DNA of 59,214 bases from Bradymonadaceae bacterium (GCA_037968515.1 JBBKVQ010000273.1:1-59214), one strand, 5' to 3'. Positions 7,872 through 17,317 are shown, counted from the first letter of the stretch. Numbers and translations: made by a program. The notes: generated from the letters alone by a model not told the origin.

Positions 7872-9692
7872 GTGGAGCACAAGTTTCAGATCAATCTGGG
7901 GGGGATCATCGACCTTCTCTCGAACCACCTCTATTCCAGTCCTGGCGTTTATTTGAGGGAGCTGTTGCAGAACGGGGTCGATGCCATCCGAGCGCGGCAA
8001 CACAAAGACGCAAGCCATGTGGGCTCCATTCGACTTGAGCTCGGCATGACCGACGACGGTCAGCCCCGACTCGTTTTTCAAGACGATGGAATCGGCCTGA
8101 CCGAGGAAGAGACTCATCGTTTTCTAGCGACCATCGGAGAATCGAGTAAACGCGGGGTCGAAGCGCAACGCGCGGACTTCATCGGACAGTTTGGCATTGG
8201 CCTGCTCTCGTGCTTCATCGTCTCCGAAGAAATCGTGATGGTGACCCGCTCAGCGACGTCGCCGGAATTTGCGGTCGAATGGAAAGGACGCGCAGACGGA
8301 ACTTACACTGTCGTGACCAAACCCGGAGACTCGGTGCCCATCGGCACCACGGTATTTCTGCGCTGTAAAAAGGGCTCGGAGGAATGGTTTGAGGCTAGCC
8401 GCGTCGAAGAGTTGGTCCGAAAGTTTGGTGGACTTTTACCGTATCAAATTGACCTAGTGACCATTGAGGGGACTCGGCAGGTCAACGATCAGGATGTTCC
8501 GTGGCGCAAATCCTACGAGTCACGCTCGCAAGAGTGGAGCGCGTTGATGGACTTTGGTCGACGCATGTTCAACCAAGATTTCTTCGACTGCATCCCGCTG
8601 CATAGCGAAATTGGCCAGGTCACGGGCGCCGCATATATTTTGTCGTATTCGCCCAACCCCACGGCCAAACGCGCCCATCGGGTCTACCTGAAAAACATGC
8701 TGCTTTCGGAAGAGTCCGATAACTTGCTTCCGTCGTGGGCATTTTTTGTGACCTGTGTCGTGAACACCAACACGCTTCGACCCGTGGCGTCGCGTGAATC
8801 GTTTTACGAAGACGAGACTCTTCAGCAGACCCGAGAAGCGCTCGGTGGAGCGTTGCGCGACTATTTGATTCGGCTGCGCAAACACGACCCTGAACGACTT
8901 CAAGCCCTGATTGCGTTGCACTATCGGGCAATCAAGGCTTTGGCCATTCACGACGACGATTTTTACCAAATCATCATCGATGTCCTGCCCTTTGAAACAT
9001 CACTTGGCCGGATGTCGATGGGCGATTTCCGAGCCCGATATTCACCGATCCGCTATGTCACATCCGTCGACACCTTCCGGCAGATTGCTCAGGTGGCCTC
9101 GAGTCAGGGCCTCGGGATCATCAACGCCGGCTATAGTTTTGACGTCGATTTGATCGAAAAACTTCCGCTCGTAATGGACGTCGAGATCGAACGAATTGAC
9201 TCGGTAGACTTGGCCGAAAACTTCGAAGAATTGATGCCCGACGAAAGGTCCGACGTCTTCGAATTGATCGCGGTTGCCGACGTCGCCCTGCAGCCCAGTA
9301 AATGCGCCGCCGACGTGAAAAAGTTTAAACCCGTTGAGTTACCGGCTCTTTTTTTGGTGAACGAAGAGACCAAATTCATGCGGAATTTGGAAAACACTCG
9401 CGAGGTCTCGAATGACCACTGGGCCACTATTTTGGGGAGCCTTGCAGAGACGGGCAGTCCAAAACACTATGCCCGGCTGTGTTTTAATTTTGAAAACCCG
9501 CTGATTCGCAAACTTTCGAGGGTCGAAGACCGAAAGGTCCTGCGCACGGCGATTCAGATGCTCTATGTTCAGGCGCTTTTGATGGGGCACCACCCGCTGA
9601 ATGCGAACGAAATGGCGTTATTGAACACCGGCCTCCTCGACCTGATCGACCTCGCTATCACAGGGCCCGACGAAGGTGGATGGGTGCAATGA
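7872..9692 (+). CDS. htpG: Divergent HSP90-family ATPase (HtpG-like)
   Basis: 606-aa ORF with a GTG start after AAGGAG. GHKL/Bergerat motifs are 'YLRELLQNGVDA' (E..N..DA), 'DDGIGLTEEE' (DxGxG) and 'GQFGIGLLSCFIVSEEI'. HSP90 middle and C-terminal-like regions follow, with no charged linker. Confidence 0.8.
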   Translation: MEHKFQINLGGIIDLLSNHLYSSPGVYLRELLQNGVDAIRARQHKDASHVGSIRLELGMTDDGQPRLVFQDDGIGLTEEETHRFLATIGESSKRGVEAQRADFIGQFGIGLLSCFIVSEEIVMVTRSATSPEFAVEWKGRADGTYTVVTKPGDSVPIGTTVFLRCKKGSEEWFEASRVEELVRKFGGLLPYQIDLVTIEGTRQVNDQDVPWRKSYESRSQEWSALMDFGRRMFNQDFFDCIPLHSEIGQVTGAAYILSYSPNPTAKRAHRVYLKNMLLSEESDNLLPSWAFFVTCVVNTNTLRPVASRESFYEDETLQQTREALGGALRDYLIRLRKHDPERLQALIALHYRAIKALAIHDDDFYQIIIDVLPFETSLGRMSMGDFRARYSPIRYVTSVDTFRQIAQVASSQGLGIINAGYSFDVDLIEKLPLVMDVEIERIDSVDLAENFEELMPDERSDVFELIAVADVALQPSKCAADVKKFKPVELPALFLVNEETKFMRNLENTREVSNDHWATILGSLAETGSPKHYARLCFNFENPLIRKLSRVEDRKVLRTAIQMLYVQALLMGHHPLNANEMALLNTGLLDLIDLAITGPDEGGWVQ

Positions 9693-10801
9693 CGCAAGAG
9701 CGAATCGCCGAATTGCTGGAGTCCCTTCATGGACTTGAGTATCCGAACCAGATTGCTCCAGCCGAAGAAGCTGTGCACTTGGCCGACCGATTGGGAGACG
9801 AGGAGCTGGCTTGGAAAGCCCGGTTCGAACTCTTGACCGCGGCGGTGTTTGGCGGAGAGCCCGAAAAAGCGCTCATGACCTTTGCTTGGCTTGAAAGTAA
9901 ATCCACCCACGATCCTGAGCGATTCCCGGCTTCAAAAGCTGTCTTGGGCCTTTTTCTTTCCCAGACCGACCTGCTCTGGGGCTACAAATGGATCGGACTC
10001 AATTTGCCGGATTTTGTCGAAATCTCGCGCCAGGATATCGAGTCGGTTCTGGACAGAATGCGGGTTCAGTACGAACGCCATCAGGTGAGCCTTCGGCCTT
10101 ATTGGGCGGTCCAAGCGCGCACCCATCGCTCGCTGGGTGACCCTGCGTCTGATATCCGCGAGGCGGTCACGGCGTTCAATACGAGTACCCGTGATGTTTA
10201 CGCTGATTGTGTCGCCTGTGAATGGAATTTCAGGGTAGAGATGGCGCTGCTAGAGGGGGATGTGGATCGCGCGCTGGGGCTTGCGGACAAGATGGTAGAT
10301 GGCGGTCATAGCTGCGCCGAGGTTCCCCACATCACCTTCAGCAGCCTTGTCGTTCCCGCGTGGCAAGCAGGTTTTCAAGATCGAGCACGTGGCCTGCATC
10401 AGCGCGGCTACGAAATGTGCAGGGGTAACAAAGACTTTCTGGTGCCCATTTGTGACCATATCGATTTTCGATTGATCGATGGCGATTGGCCGGGGGCTCA
10501 CCTGCTGCTGCAGCGCCACGCCGTGTGGGCGCGTGATACCCGAGCAAGTTGGCGACGTCTTCGATTCCTTCAAACGGCGCTGGCAGTGGCGCACCACGCA
10601 CCTGACAACGTGGATCTGGGACTGCCTTCACAGTTTCAACCCGTGGGTTTGGCGGCATCAAACCCGACGATCGTCGAATGGCGAGCATGGCTTCGTGCGG
10701 AAGTGATGCGACTTGCTGGACGATTCGACGAACGCAATGGAAACCCAAGTATTTCCAACGAAGTTCGTAAGCACCAAGAGTCTTTAAATGTCACAGCATG
10801 A
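9689..10801 (+). CDS. Hypothetical all-helical (TPR-like) protein, paralog A, translationally coupled to the HSP90-like gene
   Basis: Its ATG at 9689 overlaps the htpG-like TGA (ATGA). It shares long collinear blocks with the next gene, including 'DPERFP', 'VSLRPYWA', 'ADCVACE', 'CAEVPHITF' and 'VPAWQAGFQDRARGLHQRGYEMC'. Confidence 0.7.
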   Translation: MTQERIAELLESLHGLEYPNQIAPAEEAVHLADRLGDEELAWKARFELLTAAVFGGEPEKALMTFAWLESKSTHDPERFPASKAVLGLFLSQTDLLWGYKWIGLNLPDFVEISRQDIESVLDRMRVQYERHQVSLRPYWAVQARTHRSLGDPASDIREAVTAFNTSTRDVYADCVACEWNFRVEMALLEGDVDRALGLADKMVDGGHSCAEVPHITFSSLVVPAWQAGFQDRARGLHQRGYEMCRGNKDFLVPICDHIDFRLIDGDWPGAHLLLQRHAVWARDTRASWRRLRFLQTALAVAHHAPDNVDLGLPSQFQPVGLAASNPTIVEWRAWLRAEVMRLAGRFDERNGNPSISNEVRKHQESLNVTA

Positions 10802-11864
10802 AGAGCTTGTCGGCCTGCTTAGGGCCGCAAATCGCGGTTCATATACCGAACGAATTGGCGCGGCCGAGATGGCTTGTGTACTTGCCGACCAAATTGGCGA
10901 CCTAGATAGCGCTTGGGAGGCCCGCGAAGCCCTTGTCCAAGCGAGTGCCTTCGGAGGAGCCCCAGAAAAGTGTCTGATGGGCTTTGCTTGGTTGGAGAGC
11001 CACGTCGAATCGGACCCAGAGCGGTTTCCCATGCAAGATATTCTTTGGTCGTATAAATGGGTGTGCGAAAAAGTGCCTGAGTTTTCGCAGATTTCGCGAG
11101 CAAGTGTAGAGTCAACGATCGAGCGCATGCGGGTGGCCTACGAGACGTGTGGCGTGAGCCTGCGGCCATATTATGCGGCGCGAGCCCGGGCTGCATCCAT
11201 GATGGACGGCAACACCGATGCTCTGCGAAATCACATGGAAAATTACGCCATGGCGCCACGCGATCGATACGCAGACTGCCGCGCCTGTGAAACACATTTT
11301 GCCACGGGCATCGCCCTCCTTGTGGATGATTACGACCGCGCTCACCAACTGGCGCTGCCGATCGTAAACGGCAAAGAAAAATGCAGCGAGATCCCTCACC
11401 TTACGTACGGTTTGTTAACGGTTCCATCTTGGCAGGCGGGTTTCCAAGATCGGGCGCGGCTTTACCATCAACGGGGATATGACCTTTGCCGAACCACCGT
11501 CGACTTCCTCGAGGCGATCAGCGCCCACCTTCATTTCACGCTGGTCTCCGATAACGAAGAACAGGCGGTTGAAATCTTTGAGCGCCATATATCTTGGGCT
11601 CTTGATTCACACGCAGGCTGGCGACGACTACACTTTTTGGAATCAGCCTTGGCCTTGCTGAAACGTCTGGAATCACGCGATTCGCAACGCAAATTTGCGG
11701 TGCCGCAGGCTTGGAAAAACGAGGCTAAAGCAAGCGTCGAAGTCAGCGAAATGAAGAACTTAGTGGACCAAGAACTCACACGCTTGGTTGCCGCGATGGA
11801 TGCTCGAAATCAAAACGAGTGGGTTTCGGGACAAGTGGCTCGTCATCTTGAGAGTCTGGCGTAG
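10788..11864 (+). CDS. Hypothetical all-helical (TPR-like) protein, paralog B
   Basis: Its start overlaps the previous stop by 14 nt. Matching blocks are 'DPERFP', 'VSLRPYYA', 'ADCRACE', 'CSEIPHLTY' and 'VPSWQAGFQDRARLYHQRGYDLC'. Confidence 0.7.
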   Translation: MSQHEELVGLLRAANRGSYTERIGAAEMACVLADQIGDLDSAWEAREALVQASAFGGAPEKCLMGFAWLESHVESDPERFPMQDILWSYKWVCEKVPEFSQISRASVESTIERMRVAYETCGVSLRPYYAARARAASMMDGNTDALRNHMENYAMAPRDRYADCRACETHFATGIALLVDDYDRAHQLALPIVNGKEKCSEIPHLTYGLLTVPSWQAGFQDRARLYHQRGYDLCRTTVDFLEAISAHLHFTLVSDNEEQAVEIFERHISWALDSHAGWRRLHFLESALALLKRLESRDSQRKFAVPQAWKNEAKASVEVSEMKNLVDQELTRLVAAMDARNQNEWVSGQVARHLESLA

Positions 11865-11878
11865 CTGTTGGCTTAACT

Positions 11879-13783
11879 TCACTCAGCCGAGACAAACTTG
11901 CTTGGAGCAGGCTTTAGCCAAATAAAGGCAAGAATAAAAAAGAACGATAATGACGCCGCGGCCATCGGGTAAAGTTGATAGGTCGGGTACAACGCGCCCA
12001 CAAAACCTGCGAGATAAAGCAACGTAGACGCTAGGGTAATGCGCAGGTCTGAAACAATCCCAACCATACTTGCCGAAAACGCCCACAAGAACGTCTCGGC
12101 GGCCTGCGCGGCGACGATGTCGGCGTTCAACAAATATGCAGTCACTCGACCGCACGAGATCGCGCAAAGCACACCAATAAGGATGAACATCAGTCGACGG
12201 TTCGCCAGATTAGAAAACAAAGATTTCCGGAAAATAATCATCAATACTAAGGCAGCTCCCACTGTTTTCGGGGTCGCCAGCATATGATTCAAAATCGGAT
12301 TTTCGATTTCTCCGGCGTTCATTTTTTGTTGTGCATAAATATTGGACCATGCCCAAAACAGCGCGAGGACGACGGCGACGATGCTTCTGGTTTTGGACGC
12401 CAAACCCAGGTCATTTGCGGCACTGAATCGCTTTAGTCGAGCGACCTCGCGTTTTTCGACAGCGCGTTGCTCTGATAATTGTGCGACTTCACGTTGCAAG
12501 GCAGGGTCGGGCGTGGGCATTTGAGCCACAGCGGCCGCCGCCCCCACGTCGTTGCGAATCGAAATATAGTATTTTGTGAGGTCAGCCAAACAGGCTTGAA
12601 AGCCGTCCGCGGCGATCGTGTTTCCGGGCCAAAGTAGCAAGGCCTGCCGGTATCCAAATCGGCATTCACCAAACAGGTCGTGGAGTTCCAATTCCTCGGC
12701 TTCATTTCGGTCGGAGGAACCCAGCAGGGCCTGCAACCGTGTCCAGACTTGGTTTGCGCTGTCGCTCAGTTCAACCGACGCGCGATGTTCCAGATAGTCG
12801 ACAATCGCCTGTCGAAGTTCTTCGACGTTCTGGAACCGGTCGACTTTTTCCTTCGCGGTTGCTTTGTTAGCTATGGCAGCAAGTTCCCGAGGCTGTTCGG
12901 CCGAGTATTCGACCGGGTTGGATTGCAGCGCCGAGAAAAACACCTTCATCAGGCTCTCGCCTTCGTGCCTTGTGAAACCGGTCATAATTTCGTGCAGCAC
13001 CGCTCCCAGCAAATAAACGTCGGTTCGTTCATCGATATTGTCGGCGTTATCATCAGTCATTTCGGGCGCCATGTAGGACGGCGTTCCCGCCACACCCAAC
13101 GCGTCCGATATATGTCTCAACATCGGATTTTCTGTGCGGTTTAGGCTGACCGCGATTCCCCAATCCAGCAGGTAGACCTCACCGTACTGACCGATCATCA
13201 CGTTTTCAGGCTTGATATCCCGATGAATGATGCCGCGATGATGCGCGTATCGAATGGCGTCACACACTTCGATCAAGATTCGGAGATGCCAGTTCAGGTC
13301 GACGCCTTCAGACGGAGCGCAGGTTGGGTCTTTGAGCACAGCCTGCCACGAGACCCCTTCAATGCGTTTCATCACAATCATCGGCTCGCCAGTCCCCGAC
13401 TGTCCGAGCGTGTAAATGGGGACGACGTTTGGATGTTCGACGATTCCCGTGATGTAGGCCTCTTGCAAAATCGAATTGATCGCCCCCTCATCGGTGCCGA
13501 GAAGCGGAGTTTTGACGGCCACCAATCGATCCAGCGGAGACTGTTCCGCCAGATGGATCATGCCCATGCCACCTTCGCCCAACTTCCCCTTCACCCGCAG
13601 GTCGCCGGCAAGGCCAGAATCGGGGCCCAGCGTCATCCGCGGCAAGGCATTCATGACCTCGCGAGTGGAGCGATACGCGCGACTCTGCGGCGTGATCGTT
13701 TTCCCTGGGGGCATATCTAGCGTCTTGGAGTCCAGCTCCAAATCGGCAAAACGGGCTTCAAAAATGGCAAACGTGTCTTTCAT
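11879..13783 (-). CDS. Hanks-type Ser/Thr protein kinase with a polytopic C-terminal membrane domain
   Basis: Kinase motifs are 'GEGGMGMIHLA', 'VAVK', 'HRDIKPENVMI', 'DWGIA' and 'GTPSYMAPE'. A helical linker follows, then about 5-6 hydrophobic helices in the last roughly 190 aa. Confidence 0.9.
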   Translation of the reverse strand: MKDTFAIFEARFADLELDSKTLDMPPGKTITPQSRAYRSTREVMNALPRMTLGPDSGLAGDLRVKGKLGEGGMGMIHLAEQSPLDRLVAVKTPLLGTDEGAINSILQEAYITGIVEHPNVVPIYTLGQSGTGEPMIVMKRIEGVSWQAVLKDPTCAPSEGVDLNWHLRILIEVCDAIRYAHHRGIIHRDIKPENVMIGQYGEVYLLDWGIAVSLNRTENPMLRHISDALGVAGTPSYMAPEMTDDNADNIDERTDVYLLGAVLHEIMTGFTRHEGESLMKVFFSALQSNPVEYSAEQPRELAAIANKATAKEKVDRFQNVEELRQAIVDYLEHRASVELSDSANQVWTRLQALLGSSDRNEAEELELHDLFGECRFGYRQALLLWPGNTIAADGFQACLADLTKYYISIRNDVGAAAAVAQMPTPDPALQREVAQLSEQRAVEKREVARLKRFSAANDLGLASKTRSIVAVVLALFWAWSNIYAQQKMNAGEIENPILNHMLATPKTVGAALVLMIIFRKSLFSNLANRRLMFILIGVLCAISCGRVTAYLLNADIVAAQAAETFLWAFSASMVGIVSDLRITLASTLLYLAGFVGALYPTYQLYPMAAASLSFFFILAFIWLKPAPSKFVSAE

Positions 13784-13789
13784 TTGACC

Positions 13790-15124
13790 TCACGAAATAT
13801 GAACCGCGGGCTCGAGCTCCGCAAAGGTCTGTTCGAATACTTCCAGCTCGTCGTCGAGCTCTTTCAGCACGTCTTCCATGCGGACCTCGATGCCTTCACG
13901 CATCGCATTCACGTGGATCATCCGGCTTCGCATGGCTTCAAGACTGCCGGCCATCGCGTGCATCCGGGCCGCAAATTGGTCGCGGGCGAGTTGCACTTTT
14001 TCGACTTGACGATTCTGGGCGTGAACGTGGTTCTTTTCCTGTTCCAAAAACTGCAAAGTACCAGGATCCATGGTCGCGCCGATTCTCATTTCGATCTCGG
14101 CCAGGCGGGCACGGCCTGACGCAGGATCCACCCCTTCAAGAGCATTATGAAGCGACGAAAAACGGTTCATTGTTTCGACAATTTTTGTCATCAAATCGCG
14201 CAGTGCGGCGTCCGAGACCGACAGCACGCCTTCGTAGTGGTCGGTCTGCTGCCGCATCAATTGATGAAGAGCGTAATACTCCATCAGACAATTGGTGAAC
14301 GACTTGCGAATTTCGGTGTCTCGTGTGCGTTTTAGAAGCCCAGCGGCTTCACGCGCAACATCATTATCAAAACCGGCCAATTGGTTCAGCAGCTGAACAT
14401 CATCAAGGCGATACCGTGAGTCGTACCATTCTCGGCGACTGTGAAAGAGCCAAGCCATGAAGCCAAAACCGATCAACGCTAGCGGCCAATAAACAAAAAA
14501 GCCCAGTACAAAGCTCCCCAGGAAAACACCCAGGAACGTCAGCAACTGCGGCCTGTCACGAGCGATCGTCTCGAGTGTCTCTTTGATCATCAGCGACGAT
14601 ATGTCTTCGCTGGCAAACGAACGAGACCCGACCCCAAACTCCGACAACCGCGCCACAATCGCGGCGACGCGATCTTTTCGGGCATCAACGTTAAAAACCG
14701 CTGGCAAAGCGTCGAGCATGACCGTGACCTCACCCAGCTTCAGGTCGTAGCCGGACGAAGCGATGATTTCAGCAGCCCGGTCACGGGCGTCGTTATCGCG
14801 CAGCTCTTTGATCACAATCGAGTAACGTCTCACCGATTGGGGCGAAGCTGGCTGCCCGCCACATTGAACGCAGAAGGTGAGATCTGGCGGTGCTGGCTGA
14901 CCGCAATCTCGGCAACGATTGAAAAACCCGAACCCAATCGCCGTACGACGCTGAGTCGCCCGCAGGGACGTCCAATCGAGCATGTCGGAGGTCACCCGCT
15001 GAACGGTGGGAAGGTTGACTTTGACCTCGTAAGTGTCGGGATCAAGAAACTCCCACCATTTGCGGTCATCTGTAAGGAGCTTGTCGCCCAATTCGTCGCT
15101 TGAATCATCATTCATAATGGGCAC
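13790..15124 (-). CDS. Zinc-ribbon / transmembrane / coiled-coil protein (hypothetical), upstream partner of the kinase
   Basis: 444-aa ORF ending 6 nt before the kinase start. It has a zinc-ribbon 'CRDCGQPAPPDLTFCVQCGG', two adjacent hydrophobic helices ('LLTFLGVFLGSFVLGFFVYWPLALIGFGFMAWLF') and a long helical C-terminus. Confidence 0.65.
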   Translation of the reverse strand: MPIMNDDSSDELGDKLLTDDRKWWEFLDPDTYEVKVNLPTVQRVTSDMLDWTSLRATQRRTAIGFGFFNRCRDCGQPAPPDLTFCVQCGGQPASPQSVRRYSIVIKELRDNDARDRAAEIIASSGYDLKLGEVTVMLDALPAVFNVDARKDRVAAIVARLSEFGVGSRSFASEDISSLMIKETLETIARDRPQLLTFLGVFLGSFVLGFFVYWPLALIGFGFMAWLFHSRREWYDSRYRLDDVQLLNQLAGFDNDVAREAAGLLKRTRDTEIRKSFTNCLMEYYALHQLMRQQTDHYEGVLSVSDAALRDLMTKIVETMNRFSSLHNALEGVDPASGRARLAEIEMRIGATMDPGTLQFLEQEKNHVHAQNRQVEKVQLARDQFAARMHAMAGSLEAMRSRMIHVNAMREGIEVRMEDVLKELDDELEVFEQTFAELEPAVHIS

Positions 15125-15202
15125 ATGCTAACCCCAAAACGGGGCATTGTCGCGCTTGCGTGAGCGCGACCTGCCTGCTAGAGATTGCCGCGGATTCACT
15201 GT

Positions 15203-15220
15203 TTTCAAAAAAATTTGAAA
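15203..15220. promoter_or_regulatory. AT-rich palindrome 'tttcaaa-aaaa-tttgaaa' in the divergent intergenic region upstream of the DAHP synthase gene
   Basis: The perfect 7-bp arms are visible directly. The right arm contains TTGAAA and could serve as a -35 element, but the best -10 candidate 17 nt downstream ('tgttaa') is weak. Confidence 0.25.
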
Positions 15221-15288
15221 TTTGCGCGCCCCCCACGTGTTAAAGTGCCAGTGAGTAAATCGCTCCGGCGCCTTCCGAGAGTACCCCG

Positions 15289-16146
15289 ATGGCCAACATC
15301 AAGCCCGTAACATGGACCGAAACTCCTTCATCAGAGTATCCCCTTGTGGATCGTTCACTTCACCCTGCTGGGTCTACGGTCATGGTTGGCGACGTTGCCT
15401 TTGGCGGCGATGCGTTTGTAGTGATCGCGGGGCCGTGCGCGGTTGAGTCACGAGAACAAATGGACGCTTCGGCCGGTCTAGTTACTCGGTACGGGGCTCG
15501 AGTGCTTCGTGGCGGCGCGTTTAAGCCACGGACGTCGCCGTACAGCTTTCAGGGCATGGGATTTGAGGGCATCGAATTGCTTCAGGCGGTCTCGCGCAAG
15601 CATGGCATGCCGTTTGTGACCGAGGTGATGTCGATCTCTCAGGTCAAGGAGCTTGAGCCCCATATTGATGCCTTTCAGGTCGGCACCCGAAACATGCATA
15701 ATTTTGATTTGTTGCGGGCGTTGGGGGAAACCGGCAAGCCCGTGCTTTTGAAGCGAGGCTTCGGCGCGACATTGCGTGAATGGCTGCTCGCCTGTGAATA
15801 CGTAGCCCAGGGTGGAAACTCACAGATTATTCTTTGTGAGCGGGGCATCCGGTCGTTTAGCCCAGAAACGCGATTCACGCTCGATTTGGCTGGCGCGATC
15901 TGGGCCAAACAAGAGACGCACCTCCCAGTGGTTGTCGACCCGTCCCATGCGACTGGGCTTCCGCAGCTGGTTGGGCCGCTTGTTGCCGCCGCAGCTGCAG
16001 CAGGGCTAGACGGTGCGATGGTCGAACTCCACCCGACGCCAAGCGAGGCCCTCTCGGATGGTGATCAGGCGCTCACACCGGAACAATTCAAAGTCATGAT
16101 GTCCAAGCTCCGACCCATCGTCGAGGCTGTCGGTCGTACCCTCTGA
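15289..16146 (+). CDS. aroF: 3-deoxy-7-phosphoheptulonate (DAHP) synthase, short type I-beta
   Basis: 285 aa. Motifs 'VIAGPCAVES', 'GGAFKPRTSPYSFQGMG', 'QVGTRNMHNF' and 'VVVDPSHATG' match DAHPS I-beta and not KdsA. Confidence 0.85.
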   Translation: MANIKPVTWTETPSSEYPLVDRSLHPAGSTVMVGDVAFGGDAFVVIAGPCAVESREQMDASAGLVTRYGARVLRGGAFKPRTSPYSFQGMGFEGIELLQAVSRKHGMPFVTEVMSISQVKELEPHIDAFQVGTRNMHNFDLLRALGETGKPVLLKRGFGATLREWLLACEYVAQGGNSQIILCERGIRSFSPETRFTLDLAGAIWAKQETHLPVVVDPSHATGLPQLVGPLVAAAAAAGLDGAMVELHPTPSEALSDGDQALTPEQFKVMMSKLRPIVEAVGRTL

Positions 16147-16153
16147 GGTCTAT

Positions 16154-16846
16154 ATGAGTGAGCAAGTTCGAGACATGTTTGCGGAAATCGCAGACACCTA
16201 CGACTCCACCAACACAGTTTTATCGCTTGGAATTCACCACTTTTGGCGCAAGAAAACCGTCAAAGAAAGTGGCGCTAAACAAGGCCACCACGTGTTGGAT
16301 TGCGCGACGGGAACTGGCGACCTCGCCATCGAATTCCGCAAGACTGTGGGCGCCGAGGGGCGAGTAGTCGGCACTGATTTCTGCAAAGAAATGGTCGATC
16401 TGGCTCCGCCAAAGGCTAAGGCAGCGGGATTCCCTGACATGGAATGGGATGTTCAGGATGCGATGCACCTGACCTACGACGATGACACCTTTGATATCGC
16501 TTCGATCTCGTTTGGCATCCGAAACGTCGATGACCCCGTTCAGGGAGTTCGCTCGATGGCTCGCGTCGTGAAACCCGGCGGCAAGCTGATGATTCTGGAA
16601 TTCGGGCAACCGACCGGAATCATGAAGCCGCTCTTCACGGTGTACTCGAAGGTCGTGATCCCCGCGGTCGGTGGGTTGATCAGCAAAAACAAGGATGCCT
16701 ACAACTACTTGAACTCAACTTCTGCGGCGTTCCCATGCCGCGAAGAATTCGCGGACTTAATGCGTGAAGCCGCAGAGTTCTCGGACATCAAGTACTTCAG
16801 TCTGTCGGGTGGCATCGCGTACCTGTACGTCGGCACGGTGGCCTAA
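16154..16846 (+). CDS. ubiE: Demethylmenaquinone / ubiquinone C-methyltransferase (UbiE/MenG family)
   Basis: 230 aa. It has 'MFAEIADTYDSTNTVLSLGIHHFWRK', the SAM motif 'VLDCATGTGDLA', 'SFGIRNV' and 'GGKLMILEF'. The start is 7 nt after the DAHPS stop. Confidence 0.85.
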   Translation: MSEQVRDMFAEIADTYDSTNTVLSLGIHHFWRKKTVKESGAKQGHHVLDCATGTGDLAIEFRKTVGAEGRVVGTDFCKEMVDLAPPKAKAAGFPDMEWDVQDAMHLTYDDDTFDIASISFGIRNVDDPVQGVRSMARVVKPGGKLMILEFGQPTGIMKPLFTVYSKVVIPAVGGLISKNKDAYNYLNSTSAAFPCREEFADLMREAAEFSDIKYFSLSGGIAYLYVGTVA

Positions 16847-16848
16847 AG

Positions 16849-17271
16849 ATGGCTCCCATCCTACCTGTCGCCGATGCTGCGCCCCGTTTTGTGCATGCTT
16901 TCGCGGTGCCGTTTGACGATGCAGACGCAGCGGGAATCGTGTTTTTCGCCCGCACCTACACTTACGCTCATCGCGCCTACGAGGCGTATCTGCGGCATAT
17001 CGGCCTGGACGAGTTCTTTTCGTCGGCTCGTTTTGTGTGTCCCTTCGTTCATACCGAAGCGGACCACAAAAACCCGATGCGACCGGGAGAAAACCTTGAG
17101 GTCGAAGTCTGGTTGGAGAAGCTTGGCACATCTTCGATGACCTTCAGGTACAGGATTCTTGTGGGTAAAAGCGAAAAAGCCGAAGTGCGGATGGTCAGTG
17201 TCTTTGTGGACCCCACGACCTTCACGACAATCCCAATTCCCGACGATATCCGGGCGGCGTTGCAGCCTTGA
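16849..17271 (+). CDS. Hotdog-fold acyl-CoA thioesterase (4HBT/YbgC-like; possible DHNA-CoA thioesterase)
   Basis: 140 aa, starting 2 nt after the ubiE stop. The N-terminal 'FDDADAAGIVFFARTYTYAHRAYEAYL' pattern is typical of 4HBT-class thioesterases. The menaquinone role is inferred only from adjacency. Confidence 0.65.
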   Translation: MAPILPVADAAPRFVHAFAVPFDDADAAGIVFFARTYTYAHRAYEAYLRHIGLDEFFSSARFVCPFVHTEADHKNPMRPGENLEVEVWLEKLGTSSMTFRYRILVGKSEKAEVRMVSVFVDPTTFTTIPIPDDIRAALQP

Positions 17272-17317
17272 CGCACTGCGTCTAAACTCCAGCCGTGTCG
17301 GCAAGGAGCCAACGGAT

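Noticed and set aside
17159-17317. Upstream extension of the TPR-like ORF overlapping the thioesterase gene
   Set aside because: The extension is in another frame of a well-supported CDS. The ATG at 17318 has an AAGGAG RBS.
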